From an uncultured Chloroflexia bacterium (lineage in GTDB: Bacteria; Chloroflexota; Dormibacteria; Aeolococcales; Aeolococcaceae), in contig CAWCBS010000014.1 in NCBI GenBank assembly GCA_963793875.1, positions 179,335-243,334 on the forward strand: DNA of 64,000 nucleotides. The letters run 5' to 3'. The position numbers were made by a program, and so were the translations under genes. Shown here piece after piece: positions 9,994 through 19,625 of this stretch (its first letter is position 1; each line of letters begins with the position of its first letter). Under the pieces are notes generated by a model. The model saw only the letters and a program-made list of their open reading frames with translations. It searched no databases and had not been told where the DNA came from.

Positions 9994-10934
9994 CCGGGTG
10001 GCCCTCCCGCAGCAAGTGCTGCGGCGGGCCGCCGCCCGGATACCGCATAGGACTCGGCGAAGAGCAGGGAGACCAGCCGCCCGTGGGGGCGACGCCGGGA
10101 GACCCATCTCCACAGCGCGTCGGTGGCCGCCAGGGCTGGCCCCTCCGCGGCGGCGGGGATGAGCGGGTACTGCTTGGTGCCGCGGACGTAGATGGGCAGA
10201 CCAAGGATCACCGGACGCACGCGCACGTCGACCATGCCGGCCTCACGGAAGCCGCGAGCCAGCTCGCGGACAGGGATGTGACGCTGCCAGAACCCGGGAT
10301 CGATCTCCTCGCCGGCCAGCCGCCGGATCAGGGTCCGCGGCCCGAACCACCGCGACCGCCCGGTCCCTCGCCATATCGAGATGGGCGTCTTGGTGATGAC
10401 CACGGCGCGGCCGCCGGGCGCGACCAGTCGCTCGAGCCCCCTCACGATCTGGCGCCATTCGGGGATGTACTCGAGCACCCGCACGCTCATGACCCGGTCG
10501 AAAGGGCCATCCGCCTGGAACCGGGCGGCGTCCCCGAGCACGAACTGCACGTGGGCATCGGGCACGGCGCGGCGCGCCTGCTCGAGCATCCGCGGCGACA
10601 GGTCGAGCGCCACCACCCGGGAGGCGCGCCGGGCCAGAAGCGGGGTCCAGGTGCCGGGCCCGCAGCCGATCTCCAGGGCGGCGGTGACGCTCTCACCGCC
10701 CAGCTCCTCGACGAGAACCCGGCGCGTCTGCTCCTTCTCCAGCAGCGCGACCCGGTTGCTCTCCCAGCGCAGGTGGCGGTAGTAGCCGCTCGCCTCGTCG
10801 AAGATGGCGGCGATCCTCTCCTGGACGCGATCGCCGCCATCCTCGGCCCCGGTCCCATCCGGCACCACCGCAACCCCGGCGCACGCTGCGGTCGGGCGGG
10901 TCGCCAGGCGGCGGACGGGAGGCGTCGCCGTCAC
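9990..10934 (-). CDS. class I SAM-dependent methyltransferase
   Basis: Only the C-terminal 315 aa of the 699-aa ORF look real: ALEIGCGPGTWTPLLARRASRVVALDLSPRMLEQAR...LVAPGGRAVV. GTG at 10934 overlaps the TGA of the upstream GT4 (GTGA). The rest of the ORF is a shadow of the GT4 gene. Confidence 0.8.
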   Translation of the reverse strand: MTATPPVRRLATRPTAACAGVAVVPDGTGAEDGGDRVQERIAAIFDEASGYYRHLRWESNRVALLEKEQTRRVLVEELGGESVTAALEIGCGPGTWTPLLARRASRVVALDLSPRMLEQARRAVPDAHVQFVLGDAARFQADGPFDRVMSVRVLEYIPEWRQIVRGLERLVAPGGRAVVITKTPISIWRGTGRSRWFGPRTLIRRLAGEEIDPGFWQRHIPVRELARGFREAGMVDVRVRPVILGLPIYVRGTKQYPLIPAAAEGPALAATDALWRWVSRRRPHGRLVSLLFAESYAVSGRRPAAALAAGGPPG

Positions 10935-12208
10935 CGTCCGTTTCCCCCATGAGCCACCGCCACCTCGGCATGGAAGGCATCGAGCCGCGCGGCGGCCCCG
11001 GCCCAGCCGTACCTCTCCACGACCAGGGAACGTCCCGCCGACCCGAGGCGGCTGCCGAGGGCCGGGTCCGCCAGCAGGCCGAGGATGGCGTCGGCCATCG
11101 CCTCCGACCCGTCGGTGAGCAGGAGGTGCTCGCCGCTCGTGACGTCGAGCCCCTCGGCACCGAGGGAGGTGGCGACGACGGGCTTGGCCATGGACAGTCC
11201 CTCGAGAACCTTGAGGCGGGTTCCGCCGCCGACGCGCAGGGGTGCGATCACCACGCTGGCGCGCTGCAGGAAGGGACGGACATCGCCGACGGCCCCGGTC
11301 ACGACGACCCCGGAGGCGGACAGCCTCCGCAGGGGGGCGGGCTCCCCCTTGCCGACCACGGTCAGGACCGCCGACGGACGGTGGCGGCGGATGCGGGGCA
11401 GGACGCTCGCCGTGAACCAGGCCACGGCGTCGGCGTTGGGGCGGTAGTTGAGACTGGCGACGAAGACGATGCCGTCCGGATCGGCGGGTTCCGAGTCGGG
11501 GCGGAAGTACTCGGTGTCCACAGCGTTGGGGACGACCGCCGTGGGCAGCTCGGGTCGAGCCTCGCGGATGACCGCCTGGTCGAGCACCGACGTGGCCACG
11601 CAGCCGTCGGCGAGCCGCCACGCCCGCCGTTCCTCGCGTCGCACCTTTGCCGCCTCGACGCGTCCGAACAGCCGGCGGGCGGCAGAGGCCTCGATCCGGG
11701 CCACCCGGTCCAGGAGCTGGTACTCGATGTTGTGCTCGTCGAGGACCACCGGCGTGTGGCCGGGGAACTCGAAGCACATCATCTGGCTGGACTCGACCTG
11801 GATGATGTCGAAGCTTCCGCCGGCCGCGATGCGGTCCAGCTCTCGCTGCATGGCGTCCGAGTGGAGGGCGTTGAGGTGAAAGGAGGATCTGCCCCCGAGC
11901 GAGGCGAGCTGATAGCGCCGGCGGGAGCGCAGGGCCGGGGGCGGCGTGACCCGGTGAACCTCGTCCAGGGTCCGGCGGAGCCCGTCCCAGTCGCGCCCGT
12001 CGTCGGCGGTGCCATAGGCGATCAGGGTCACCCGGTGTCGCTGGGCCAGCTGGGTCACCAGGTGGTGGACGCGCAGGGCGAAGCCCCACGTCGGCGGTGA
12101 CGGCGCCTCCGGGCAGACGACGAGGAGGCGCCGGCCCGACGGTGGGGTGACCCGGTCTCGGGGGGTGGGCTGCCGCCCCTCAATCACGAGCTTCCCGATG
12201 TCTGCCAC
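10931..12208 (-). CDS. GT4-family glycosyltransferase (start uncertain; the ORF extends to 12343)
   Basis: LLVVCPEAPSPPTWGFALRVHHLVTQLAQRHRVTLIAY...VIAPLRVGGGTRLKVLEGLSMAKPVVATSLGAEGL. The in-frame GTG at 12208 is preferred because the ATG at 12343 would leave only 31 bp to the divergent gene. Confidence 0.8.
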   Translation of the reverse strand: MADIGKLVIEGRQPTPRDRVTPPSGRRLLVVCPEAPSPPTWGFALRVHHLVTQLAQRHRVTLIAYGTADDGRDWDGLRRTLDEVHRVTPPPALRSRRRYQLASLGGRSSFHLNALHSDAMQRELDRIAAGGSFDIIQVESSQMMCFEFPGHTPVVLDEHNIEYQLLDRVARIEASAARRLFGRVEAAKVRREERRAWRLADGCVATSVLDQAVIREARPELPTAVVPNAVDTEYFRPDSEPADPDGIVFVASLNYRPNADAVAWFTASVLPRIRRHRPSAVLTVVGKGEPAPLRRLSASGVVVTGAVGDVRPFLQRASVVIAPLRVGGGTRLKVLEGLSMAKPVVATSLGAEGLDVTSGEHLLLTDGSEAMADAILGLLADPALGSRLGSAGRSLVVERYGWAGAAARLDAFHAEVAVAHGGNGR

Positions 12209-12374
12209 TGGGCGGGCCTCGGCGTCATGAGGCGATCCTAGGCAGCCCACGAGGGAGCCGCCATGGGACCCCTGGCACTGCGGGTGGGACAGATGTCTCG
12301 CTAGTCGGGCGAGCACGCTCCGGCCATACTCGAAAACATGCACCGGGTCTTCGCCTGATCAGGCCGACCTGCGC

Positions 12375-13628
12375 ATGGGATCGCCGCAATCCCTGGGCGG
12401 AGGGCCGGGACCGCGCTGTCCCGGGAGCCGGCCGCATGCTCCGCGGGGGCCGCTGCGGGTCGTCGTCGGAGTTCACGACGGAGGCCTCAGCGGGGTCAAC
12501 ACCTACGCCGAGCACGTGGCCGCCGCCGCCGCCACAGCTCACGTCGAGGTGACCCTGCTGGCCACCCACGCATCGCTGGCGGCGCTGCTCGAGAAGAGGC
12601 TCTGCGGCACCGGGGTCCGCGTCGTCGACCTGGGGCTGGGAGAGCCGACAGCGCGCCAGCGGCGCCTAGAGCGGCTGTCCCCGGCCTACGCCGCCCGGCG
12701 CCTCAGTGCCGGCGTGCGCTCCGCACAGTCTGGTCTGGGCGGTTTCGACGTCGCCCACGTCAACCATCCGGCCCTCGCCAGGGCCATGCATCCCCTGGCA
12801 GAGCGGGTCGTGGTGGCGGCGTGGTTCTACCCTCACGCACCCATGGCGCGTGCCGTCGCCACCTGGAAGCACACCGGAGGGCGCTTCCCCCGGAGCGCCG
12901 GGCTGGCCCTCAAGGGGGTGCTCCACTACCGCAACGATGTGCGCGGCTATCGCGCCGCCGACTGCGCCATCGCCCCCACCCAGCTGCTCGCCGACGAGCT
13001 TCTCCGGGCCGGCATCCCGGCCGTCCAGTGCTCCCCCCCATGCCGCGTGGTCGGGGCAGGGTCGCCGCCGGATCAGGGTGGCGGCGGGGCCGCCCGGCTG
13101 CTCATCTGCAGCGGTGACCTGGGGCACCCCCGCAAGAACGTGAGCCTGGCGATCGCGGCGGTGCGCGTGCTCGCCGGCCGGGGGCGCCCAATCGCTCTCG
13201 ACCTCGTCGGTCGCCACGCCGACCGCCTCGACGGCGCCCTGGGCCGGCTGCCCCCCGGCGTGGTCGTTCGCCGCCTCGGGCCGCTCGCGCCCCAGGACGT
13301 GCACAGCCTCATGCGGCAGGCGCAGGCGCTGCTCATGCCCAGCCTCTTCGAGGAGTGGGGGTACGTCGCCGTCGAGGCCGCGCTGCAGGGGACGCCGGTG
13401 GTGAGCCTGCCCGTGTACCCGTTCCCGGAGATGCTCGCGGGGCGGCTGGGACGCTGTGCCGCCGGCGTGGGGCCGGGCGCCTTCGCCGATGCCATCGATG
13501 CCGTTCTGGCCGGGTCGGATCGCGACCAGGTGGCCGCCTCCGCCGAGGCGCGCTTCGGGGTCAACGCCGCCGGACAGCGGCTCCTCTGCATCTGGGAGGG
13601 GTCCACCTCCCGCCTCGCCGCGTCCTAG
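12375..13628 (+). CDS. GT4/GT1-family glycosyltransferase
   Basis: 417-aa ORF. LRVVVGVHDGGLSGVNTYAEHV at the N-terminus and LLMPSLFEEWGYVAVEAALQGTPVV at the C-terminus. Confidence 0.75.
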   Translation: MGSPQSLGGGPGPRCPGSRPHAPRGPLRVVVGVHDGGLSGVNTYAEHVAAAAATAHVEVTLLATHASLAALLEKRLCGTGVRVVDLGLGEPTARQRRLERLSPAYAARRLSAGVRSAQSGLGGFDVAHVNHPALARAMHPLAERVVVAAWFYPHAPMARAVATWKHTGGRFPRSAGLALKGVLHYRNDVRGYRAADCAIAPTQLLADELLRAGIPAVQCSPPCRVVGAGSPPDQGGGGAARLLICSGDLGHPRKNVSLAIAAVRVLAGRGRPIALDLVGRHADRLDGALGRLPPGVVVRRLGPLAPQDVHSLMRQAQALLMPSLFEEWGYVAVEAALQGTPVVSLPVYPFPEMLAGRLGRCAAGVGPGAFADAIDAVLAGSDRDQVAASAEARFGVNAAGQRLLCIWEGSTSRLAAS

Positions 13629-13683
13629 GCATGGCCGGCATGCCCAGCCAACCCGCGCCGGGCCTGGCCGCAGGTCGGCACCG

Positions 13684-14856
13684 TTGACCGCCGCCCCCTC
13701 CTGCCTGCGTCTGGTGCCGACCGTGCACCGCGGCGTCGCGGCCTTCCAGGACCTGGAGCCCGCCTGGCGCCGCCTGCTCGACCGCACGCAGACCACGAAT
13801 CCCTTCCTCAGCTGGGAGTGGGTCTCCGAATGGGGGCGCAGCTTCTGGAACGACCGGCTCGTGACGGTGGTGGTCGAGGCCGCCGGCGAGCCGGTGGCGA
13901 TCGCCCCCTTTCACGGGTACGAGGGGCTGCCCGCGCCCGGTCTCCGGGCCCCGTCGCTCGAGCTGATGGGGCCTCGCCGCCGCCGCTACCGGCAGATGCT
14001 CGAGCTGGCCGAGGCGCTGGTCGACGCCGATCACGCCGTTCCCGCGCTGACCCTGGTCGTCGATCAGCTGGGCGCGGCGGGCAGGTGGAGCTGGCTGGAG
14101 GTGGGCGCCTGGGGGGAGGGCAGCGGCTGGTGGGAGGCGGCGGTTCGCCAGGCGGCCTCGCCGGTCAGGGTGGCCCCCGAGGGGCACCGCGACGTCCTGG
14201 TCATGGACCTGGGCTCGAGCTGGGAAGAGGTCCACGCCCGGCTGCGCCGCAACGTCAAGGAGAGCATCCGCCGGGCCTACAACGCCCCGGCTCGCGACCA
14301 CCTCCGCCTCCGGTACTCCGAGCACCGGGGCAGCGCCGGCCTCGACGCCGTTCTGGACGACCTGCTGGCGCTGCACGCCGCCCGCGCCAGATTCGCCAGG
14401 GGGCCGAGCCACCCGGACTGCTTCTCCGACCCCGTGGTGCGCGACTTCGTCCGGCGCGTGGCCCATCGCCTGGCGGAGGCCGATCGCCTCAGCCTGGGGG
14501 TGGTCGAGCTGGAAGGCCGGCGGGTGGCGGTGCGCTTCAACATGGAAATGAACGGGGTCCTCTACCTCCACCACTCCGGTTTCGACCCCGCCCTGTGGCG
14601 CTACAGCGTCAGCACGTTCGCGCTCGTGGAGGCGATGAAGGCGGCCATCGCCCGCGGGCTTCACGGCGTCAACTTCTCGCTCGGTGTGGATCAGGCCAAG
14701 GCTCGGTGGGATGTCCGCAACGTTCCCTTCGTGCGTTGCCAGATCGTGAGGGCCACGGCTGGCGCTCGCCGGGTGGCTGGCCTGTACAGCGGGATCCGGA
14801 TGGTTCGGCAGGGGAGCTTCCCAGGCCTCGCGAACGTGGGTCACCGAGGGCGCTGA
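13684..14856 (+). CDS. CelD/BioF2-like (FemAB-type GNAT) acyltransferase (start uncertain: TTG 13684, GTG 13714 or GTG 13723)
   Basis: FQDLEPAWRRLLDRTQTTNPFLSWEWVSEWGRSFW...VELEGRRVAVRFNMEMNGVLYLHHSGFDP. The part of the ORF upstream of 13628 overlaps the preceding GT4 gene and reads as junk. Confidence 0.7.
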   Translation: MTAAPSCLRLVPTVHRGVAAFQDLEPAWRRLLDRTQTTNPFLSWEWVSEWGRSFWNDRLVTVVVEAAGEPVAIAPFHGYEGLPAPGLRAPSLELMGPRRRRYRQMLELAEALVDADHAVPALTLVVDQLGAAGRWSWLEVGAWGEGSGWWEAAVRQAASPVRVAPEGHRDVLVMDLGSSWEEVHARLRRNVKESIRRAYNAPARDHLRLRYSEHRGSAGLDAVLDDLLALHAARARFARGPSHPDCFSDPVVRDFVRRVAHRLAEADRLSLGVVELEGRRVAVRFNMEMNGVLYLHHSGFDPALWRYSVSTFALVEAMKAAIARGLHGVNFSLGVDQAKARWDVRNVPFVRCQIVRATAGARRVAGLYSGIRMVRQGSFPGLANVGHRGR

Positions 14857-14974
14857 CGGGCTGAGGGCCGGGGCGGGGAGGGGCCGGCGACGCCGATCCG
14901 CCCTACCCCCATGTCCCGGTGCCCGCCCGATCCGCCCATTCACCCGGCGGCGCTCGCCGTGCAGAGTTGGTGGG

Positions 14975-16513
14975 ATGGGGGAACCTGTTGCGGTTGTCGG
15001 CCCCCTGGCGACGCCGCCGGCCGACGCCCCGCGGCCGGCCACCGTGACGCTGGCGCGCAGCATCTCCATCCTGTCCGTCGGCCAGGTGGTGACCTGGATC
15101 GCGACCCTCATCTGGACGGTGATCGTTCCCCGCCGGTTGGGCTCCGCGGAGGTCGGCATCTATACGCTCGGCCTGGCCGCGTCGGGCGTCCTCCTGATGG
15201 TCGTCGGCCTCGGCCTCCGACCTCTCCTCGTCCGCGAGATCGCCGCCGATCCGGAGCGGGCTCCCCGCCTGATCGGCGCCGGGATCGTGCTCCGCTCCAT
15301 CTTCTGCCTGCCGGCGCTAGGGGTGACCCTGGTGATCACCCTGGTGGGTCCCTTCCACGGGGAGGAGGCCATCGCCGTCTTCCTGGGCTGGTGCATGTGC
15401 ATCTTCGCGGTCGTCTCCGAGCCGATCGCCGCCGGCTTCCAGGCGATGGAGAAGATGCGCTACCTGACCTACTCGACGATCTTCAGCAAGACCGTCTCCA
15501 CCATCGGTGGCATCGCGCTGGTGATGGCGGGGGTGAGGGCCATCGGGCTGCTGATCGTCTTCGTCGCGATCGGTGCGGTGACCACTGTGCTGGCGCTGAT
15601 CTGGTCACGCCCTCACTTCGGCATCGTCTGGAGGGTGACCTGGGCCGAGCTGCGCCACCTCTTCGTCGCCAGCCTCCCGTACTGGAGCTTCGTCGCCTTC
15701 TTCACCATCTACCTCTGGATCGACTCCCTGATGCTCGGGGCCATGACGTCGAGCACGGTGCTGGGGTGGTACGGCCTCCCCACCCAGCTCTTCGGGACCC
15801 TGATGTTCATCCCCACCATCCTCTCGACAGCCTGGCTCTCGCAGCTGGTGCGGGCTCACAAGGGTGGCATGGAGACGCTGGTGCAGGCGGCGCGGCCAGC
15901 GATCGAGTTCGTCATCGTGCTCAGCCTGCCCGTCTGCGTCGGGGCCGTGCTGGTCGCCGCCCCGCTGGTCCGAGCCCTCTACGGCCCGGAGTTCACGGAG
16001 TCGATCCCCGTCTTCGCCCTGCTCGCCCTCTGCGTGCCCCCGATGTACCTGAACATCATGGCCAACCAGCTGATGATCGCCCGCAATCAGCAGATGGTGT
16101 GGACCAAGATGATGGTGCTGGCAAGCCTGATCAACCCGGCGCTCAACGTCGTGCTCATACCCTACTTTCAGAGGAGTCACGGCAACGGCGCCATCGGCGC
16201 GTCCATCGCCATGATCGCCACCGAGGTGGTGCTCGCGGTGATCGGGTTCGTGCTGGTCCGGGACACCTTCACCCGCCAGTCCGCCATGCGCGTGCTCCGG
16301 GCCGCCGCCGCCACCGCGCTGATGGCCGGCCTCGTCGTGCTCGGGCTGCGCGCGGGGCTGGTGGTTGGCGTCGTGTCGGGGCTGGTGAGCTTCCCCGTGC
16401 TGGCCCTGCTCCTAGGGGTGCTCACCGCGGCTGAGCGTCGCCAGCTGCGCTATCTGCTGACCGCGGTCGCCCCCTGGCGGCGTGCCCCGGGCTCGCCCGG
16501 CGGGGTGAGCTGA
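14975..16513 (+). CDS. wzx: oligosaccharide flippase, MOP/Wzx family
   Basis: 512-aa polytopic membrane protein (about 12-14 hydrophobic segments). N-terminus ...LARSISILSVGQVVTWIATLIWTVIVPRRLGSAEVGIY is typical of polysaccharide biosynthesis (Polysacc_synt) proteins. Confidence 0.85.
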   Translation: MGEPVAVVGPLATPPADAPRPATVTLARSISILSVGQVVTWIATLIWTVIVPRRLGSAEVGIYTLGLAASGVLLMVVGLGLRPLLVREIAADPERAPRLIGAGIVLRSIFCLPALGVTLVITLVGPFHGEEAIAVFLGWCMCIFAVVSEPIAAGFQAMEKMRYLTYSTIFSKTVSTIGGIALVMAGVRAIGLLIVFVAIGAVTTVLALIWSRPHFGIVWRVTWAELRHLFVASLPYWSFVAFFTIYLWIDSLMLGAMTSSTVLGWYGLPTQLFGTLMFIPTILSTAWLSQLVRAHKGGMETLVQAARPAIEFVIVLSLPVCVGAVLVAAPLVRALYGPEFTESIPVFALLALCVPPMYLNIMANQLMIARNQQMVWTKMMVLASLINPALNVVLIPYFQRSHGNGAIGASIAMIATEVVLAVIGFVLVRDTFTRQSAMRVLRAAAATALMAGLVVLGLRAGLVVGVVSGLVSFPVLALLLGVLTAAERRQLRYLLTAVAPWRRAPGSPGGVS

Positions 16514-16522
16514 TCGCGCGGC

Positions 16523-17482
16523 TCAGCGGGGTGGCGCCGCACCCGGGCTTGGAGGCGGGAGGCGGTACCGCCGGGAGTCCCTGTCGATGGGGAAGCGGAA
16601 GCTCATCACCATGCCCCGGGCGAAGGCGGCGAGGCGGCCGAGCCCGGTGGGCCGGCGCAGGAGGAGCAGGTTGCGCCAGCTGATCATCCCCCCCAACCAG
16701 CGGACGACCAGGGTGGGCACGATCCGCGGGTCGCCGAGACGAAGGTGCTTCATGTAGGTCGCGCCCTCGGACATCGCCGCATCCCAGGAGAGCCGCTGCA
16801 ACTCCGCCCCCCAGGTGCGCAGCCCGCTGTGCATCACCGCGGGGTGGGGAAGCTCGAGCACCCCGTGGCCATTGCGCAGCAGCCGGTATGCGATGTCGCC
16901 GTCCTCTCCCGCCCGGAGGGGGGCGCCCGCGCTCAGCACCTCGTCGAAGCCCCCGGCGACGCGGAGCAGCGGGGCCCGGAAGGAGACGTTGGCGCCAATG
17001 CCGTTGGCGCGGAAGGCGAGCCAGGGTGAGCGCAGGAGACGGGTGCGCTCCGGGGTGAAGGTGGGGATCGCCCCCCGGGCCGGGTCGTGGGCGGCGGCCG
17101 TGACCCCGCCGCAGACCATCGCCACCCCCGGATGCTCGGTGAAGGCCTCCTCGATCGCGGTCAGCCAGTCGCGCGGGGCTTCGCAGTCGTCGTCGGTGAA
17201 GGCGGTGATGGCTCCCCTGGCGTGGCTGAGGGCGACGTTGCACGCGGCCGACTTGCCCGCCGTCGCGGAGCGGAGCCAGGTGAAGCGCGGGTCGTCCCCC
17301 ACGGTCTGGAGAAAGGCCAGGTGGGAGCGGTCGTCGCTGCTCTGGTCGACCACCACGACCTCGAAGCTGTCGTGGTCCAGGTTCATCAGGCTGGCCAGGG
17401 CGGGGATGATGCTGCTCCCGCGATTGCGGGTGGGGATGCAGACGCTGACGCGGCGGAGGGACCCGGGAGCCGGCGGCGCCAT
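16523..17482 (-). CDS. family 2 glycosyltransferase
   Basis: VSVCIPTRNRGSSIIPALASLMNLDHDSFEVVVVDQSSDD...AFTDDDCEAPRDWL. The internal ATG at 17482 (MAPPAPGSLRRVSVCIPT) is preferred over the ORF start at 17545. Confidence 0.85.
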   Translation of the reverse strand: MAPPAPGSLRRVSVCIPTRNRGSSIIPALASLMNLDHDSFEVVVVDQSSDDRSHLAFLQTVGDDPRFTWLRSATAGKSAACNVALSHARGAITAFTDDDCEAPRDWLTAIEEAFTEHPGVAMVCGGVTAAAHDPARGAIPTFTPERTRLLRSPWLAFRANGIGANVSFRAPLLRVAGGFDEVLSAGAPLRAGEDGDIAYRLLRNGHGVLELPHPAVMHSGLRTWGAELQRLSWDAAMSEGATYMKHLRLGDPRIVPTLVVRWLGGMISWRNLLLLRRPTGLGRLAAFARGMVMSFRFPIDRDSRRYRLPPPSPGAAPPR

Positions 17483-17817
17483 GGTCACGCCACCGGCCCG
17501 GGTCCCCGGTCGCGGGGCAGGCTGGGCGGGACCGGAGAACCCCAAGGCCTATGGCGGGCCGGCGAGAGCGGTCCCGGCGCTCTGGGCGGTCGCCGGCGGG
17601 TGGCTCGGTGGGGCGGGGGGCAGATCCCCATGCGCCGCCGAGCTTAGATCTCCGCCGCGCCCGTGGCGATGGGCGGGTGCGCTGTGTTCGGAGGGCGATC
17701 CCGATCGGCCCGGGACAGCGGTCCCGGGTCGCGGTGGAGCGGGCCGCCGCCCGGTCTCGCCCGGGACAGACGCCCACAGCGGCGAGGACATCCGTGGTCC
17801 CGACCGATGCTGCTCCC

Positions 17818-18885
17818 ATGGTCCGATCGCCCGCACATCCCCGACACTCAGAGACGGTGAGATTCCTCGAAACCCTCTTCCGGCACAAGCTGCTCGCGAT
17901 CCTGCCGATCGTCATCGGCCTGGCCGTGGCCGGTGGCTATCAGCTGGCCCAGCCCCGGGACTACACGTCCACGGCCAGCCTGTGGATCGACGCCACCGTG
18001 CCCGGCAACAGCACCCTCAACGAGGCCAATCAGTATGTGGATCCGTCCACACTGCAGCAGTCCGCCGTCCAGGAGCTGCTGACCACCCGCTCCTTCGCCG
18101 TCTCGGTGGGCAGCAAGAGTTCGCTCGCCGCCTATCTGGCCGTCCATCCACATGCGGAGGCGACGGGCCTGGCGGCCGTTCCCCTCCTCTCCAGCCTCTT
18201 CAGCAGCTCCAAGGGATCGGTCGACGACCAGGTGGCCGCTGACCTTCCCAACATGGTCTCCCTGGTCACCGCCGGTCCGCAGGTGCTCAACATCACCGTC
18301 ACGGCACCCTCCGGCGGGGTAGCCGCCGGCGTCGCCCAGGCGGTCATCAGCGAGTACTCCGCCCAGGAGGTGGCAGCCCAGACCGTCACCGACCAGGTGG
18401 CGGTCAAGTACTACAGCCAGCAGGTGGCCCAGGCGGAGGTCACGCTCCAAGAGGATCAGCACTCGCTCTCCGCCTACCTGTTGGCCCATCCCACCGTGCC
18501 CTCCACCGGTTTGGGAGATGCCACGGCGACCGAGCTGGTTCAGGCGGTGACCCTGGACAGCACCACCTACCAGTCCCTCCTCTCCCAGTACCAGCAGGCG
18601 CAGCTGAGCCTGGCCAACGTTGACAGCCAGACGGGCTTCCAGGTGCTCGACGCCCCGGGCGCCAGCGGTGCGCCGGTGAGCATCAGCAAGAAGCTGCTCG
18701 AGGCCGCCCTGGCCGGGCTCGCGGTGGGCCTCCTCGTCAGCGTGCTGATGCTCAGCTTCCTGACCGTGACCGATCGCTCCGCGCGCCGCGCCGAGGACAT
18801 CCGGCGCAGCCTGGGGCTGGAGGTCGCCGCCAGCATCGGCCACCACCCCGCGCCTGCCACCGCCGTCCCGGGAAGTGAGCCGTGA
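17818..18885 (+). CDS. Wzz/PCP-type chain-length determinant, membrane adaptor of a split BY-kinase (start uncertain: ATG 17818 or GTG 17857)
   Basis: N-terminal TM (LLAILPIVIGLAVAGGY), a long periplasmic coiled region, and a C-terminal TM (ALAGLAVGLLVSVLMLSFL). ATGA overlap with the downstream ATPase. Confidence 0.75.
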   Translation: MVRSPAHPRHSETVRFLETLFRHKLLAILPIVIGLAVAGGYQLAQPRDYTSTASLWIDATVPGNSTLNEANQYVDPSTLQQSAVQELLTTRSFAVSVGSKSSLAAYLAVHPHAEATGLAAVPLLSSLFSSSKGSVDDQVAADLPNMVSLVTAGPQVLNITVTAPSGGVAAGVAQAVISEYSAQEVAAQTVTDQVAVKYYSQQVAQAEVTLQEDQHSLSAYLLAHPTVPSTGLGDATATELVQAVTLDSTTYQSLLSQYQQAQLSLANVDSQTGFQVLDAPGASGAPVSISKKLLEAALAGLAVGLLVSVLMLSFLTVTDRSARRAEDIRRSLGLEVAASIGHHPAPATAVPGSEP

Positions 18886-19625
18886 GCGGCGATGTCGCGC
18901 CTTCCCACCCGCTGACCCCCATCGCCTCGTTGCGGCCCCGTCGGTCACGCGAGCTGGCCCGCGAGCGCGAGATGGAGAGCGACGGGGTGCGCGAGGCGCA
19001 CGCGATCTGCCCGACGCCGCTGCTCCAGGGATGCCGCGAGGCACTTCAGCGCATCGGCCGCAGCGCTCGAGGCAGCTACGGCATCACCAGCGCGCTGCGC
19101 GGCGAGGGGCGCAGCAGCATCGCCGCCGCCCTTGCCACGGTGGAGTGGCTGGACGGCGAGAAGCGCGTCGTCCTGGTCGATCTCGATCTGGAGAAGCCGT
19201 CCCTGCACCGCCGCTTCGCGCTACCCGAGGGACTGGAGATCGGCAGTCTCGTCCGTGGCCACAGGAACGTCGAGGACTGCCTGCAGAGGATCTTCGGCGA
19301 TGTCTGGCTGCTCAGCGTGGGGTGCTCCGCCGAGGACGCGCCGCGGGGGCTGAACCAGCTCGCGTCGAGCAGCCTCATGTCCCAACTCTCCGAATGGGCT
19401 GATGTGACGGTGTTCGATCTGCCACCCCTGCTGGCGTCGGTCACCGGGGCGGAGGCGGCGCGGCTCTGCGCCACGCCGATCATGGTGGTCAGGGCCGGGG
19501 TATCTCCGCTCCCCCAGGTCAAGGAGGCGGTGGAGAGACTTCCAGCGCCTCCTCCGGTCATCGTCAACGGGGTCCGTTCCGCCGTTCCCGCCTGGCTGCG
19601 GCGATCGCTGGGAGTCTCCCCGTGA
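18882..19625 (+). CDS. BY-kinase (CapB/YwqD)-like P-loop ATPase with variant Walker A (GEGRS) and no C-terminal Tyr cluster
   Basis: ITSALRGEGRSSIAAALA (Walker A with Arg in place of Lys), VVLVDLDLEKPSLH (Walker A'), DVTVFDLPPLL (Walker B). The C-terminus VNGVRSAVPAWLRRSLGVSP has no tyrosines. Confidence 0.8.
   Translation: MSGDVAPSHPLTPIASLRPRRSRELAREREMESDGVREAHAICPTPLLQGCREALQRIGRSARGSYGITSALRGEGRSSIAAALATVEWLDGEKRVVLVDLDLEKPSLHRRFALPEGLEIGSLVRGHRNVEDCLQRIFGDVWLLSVGCSAEDAPRGLNQLASSSLMSQLSEWADVTVFDLPPLLASVTGAEAARLCATPIMVVRAGVSPLPQVKEAVERLPAPPPVIVNGVRSAVPAWLRRSLGVSP

Noticed and set aside
9990-12089. 699-aa ORF treated as one gene
   Set aside because: Only the last 315 aa look like a protein (a SAM methyltransferase). 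The N-terminal 380 aa are an out-of-frame shadow of the GT4 gene 10931..12208, and a GTGA junction at 10931-10934 explains the real start.
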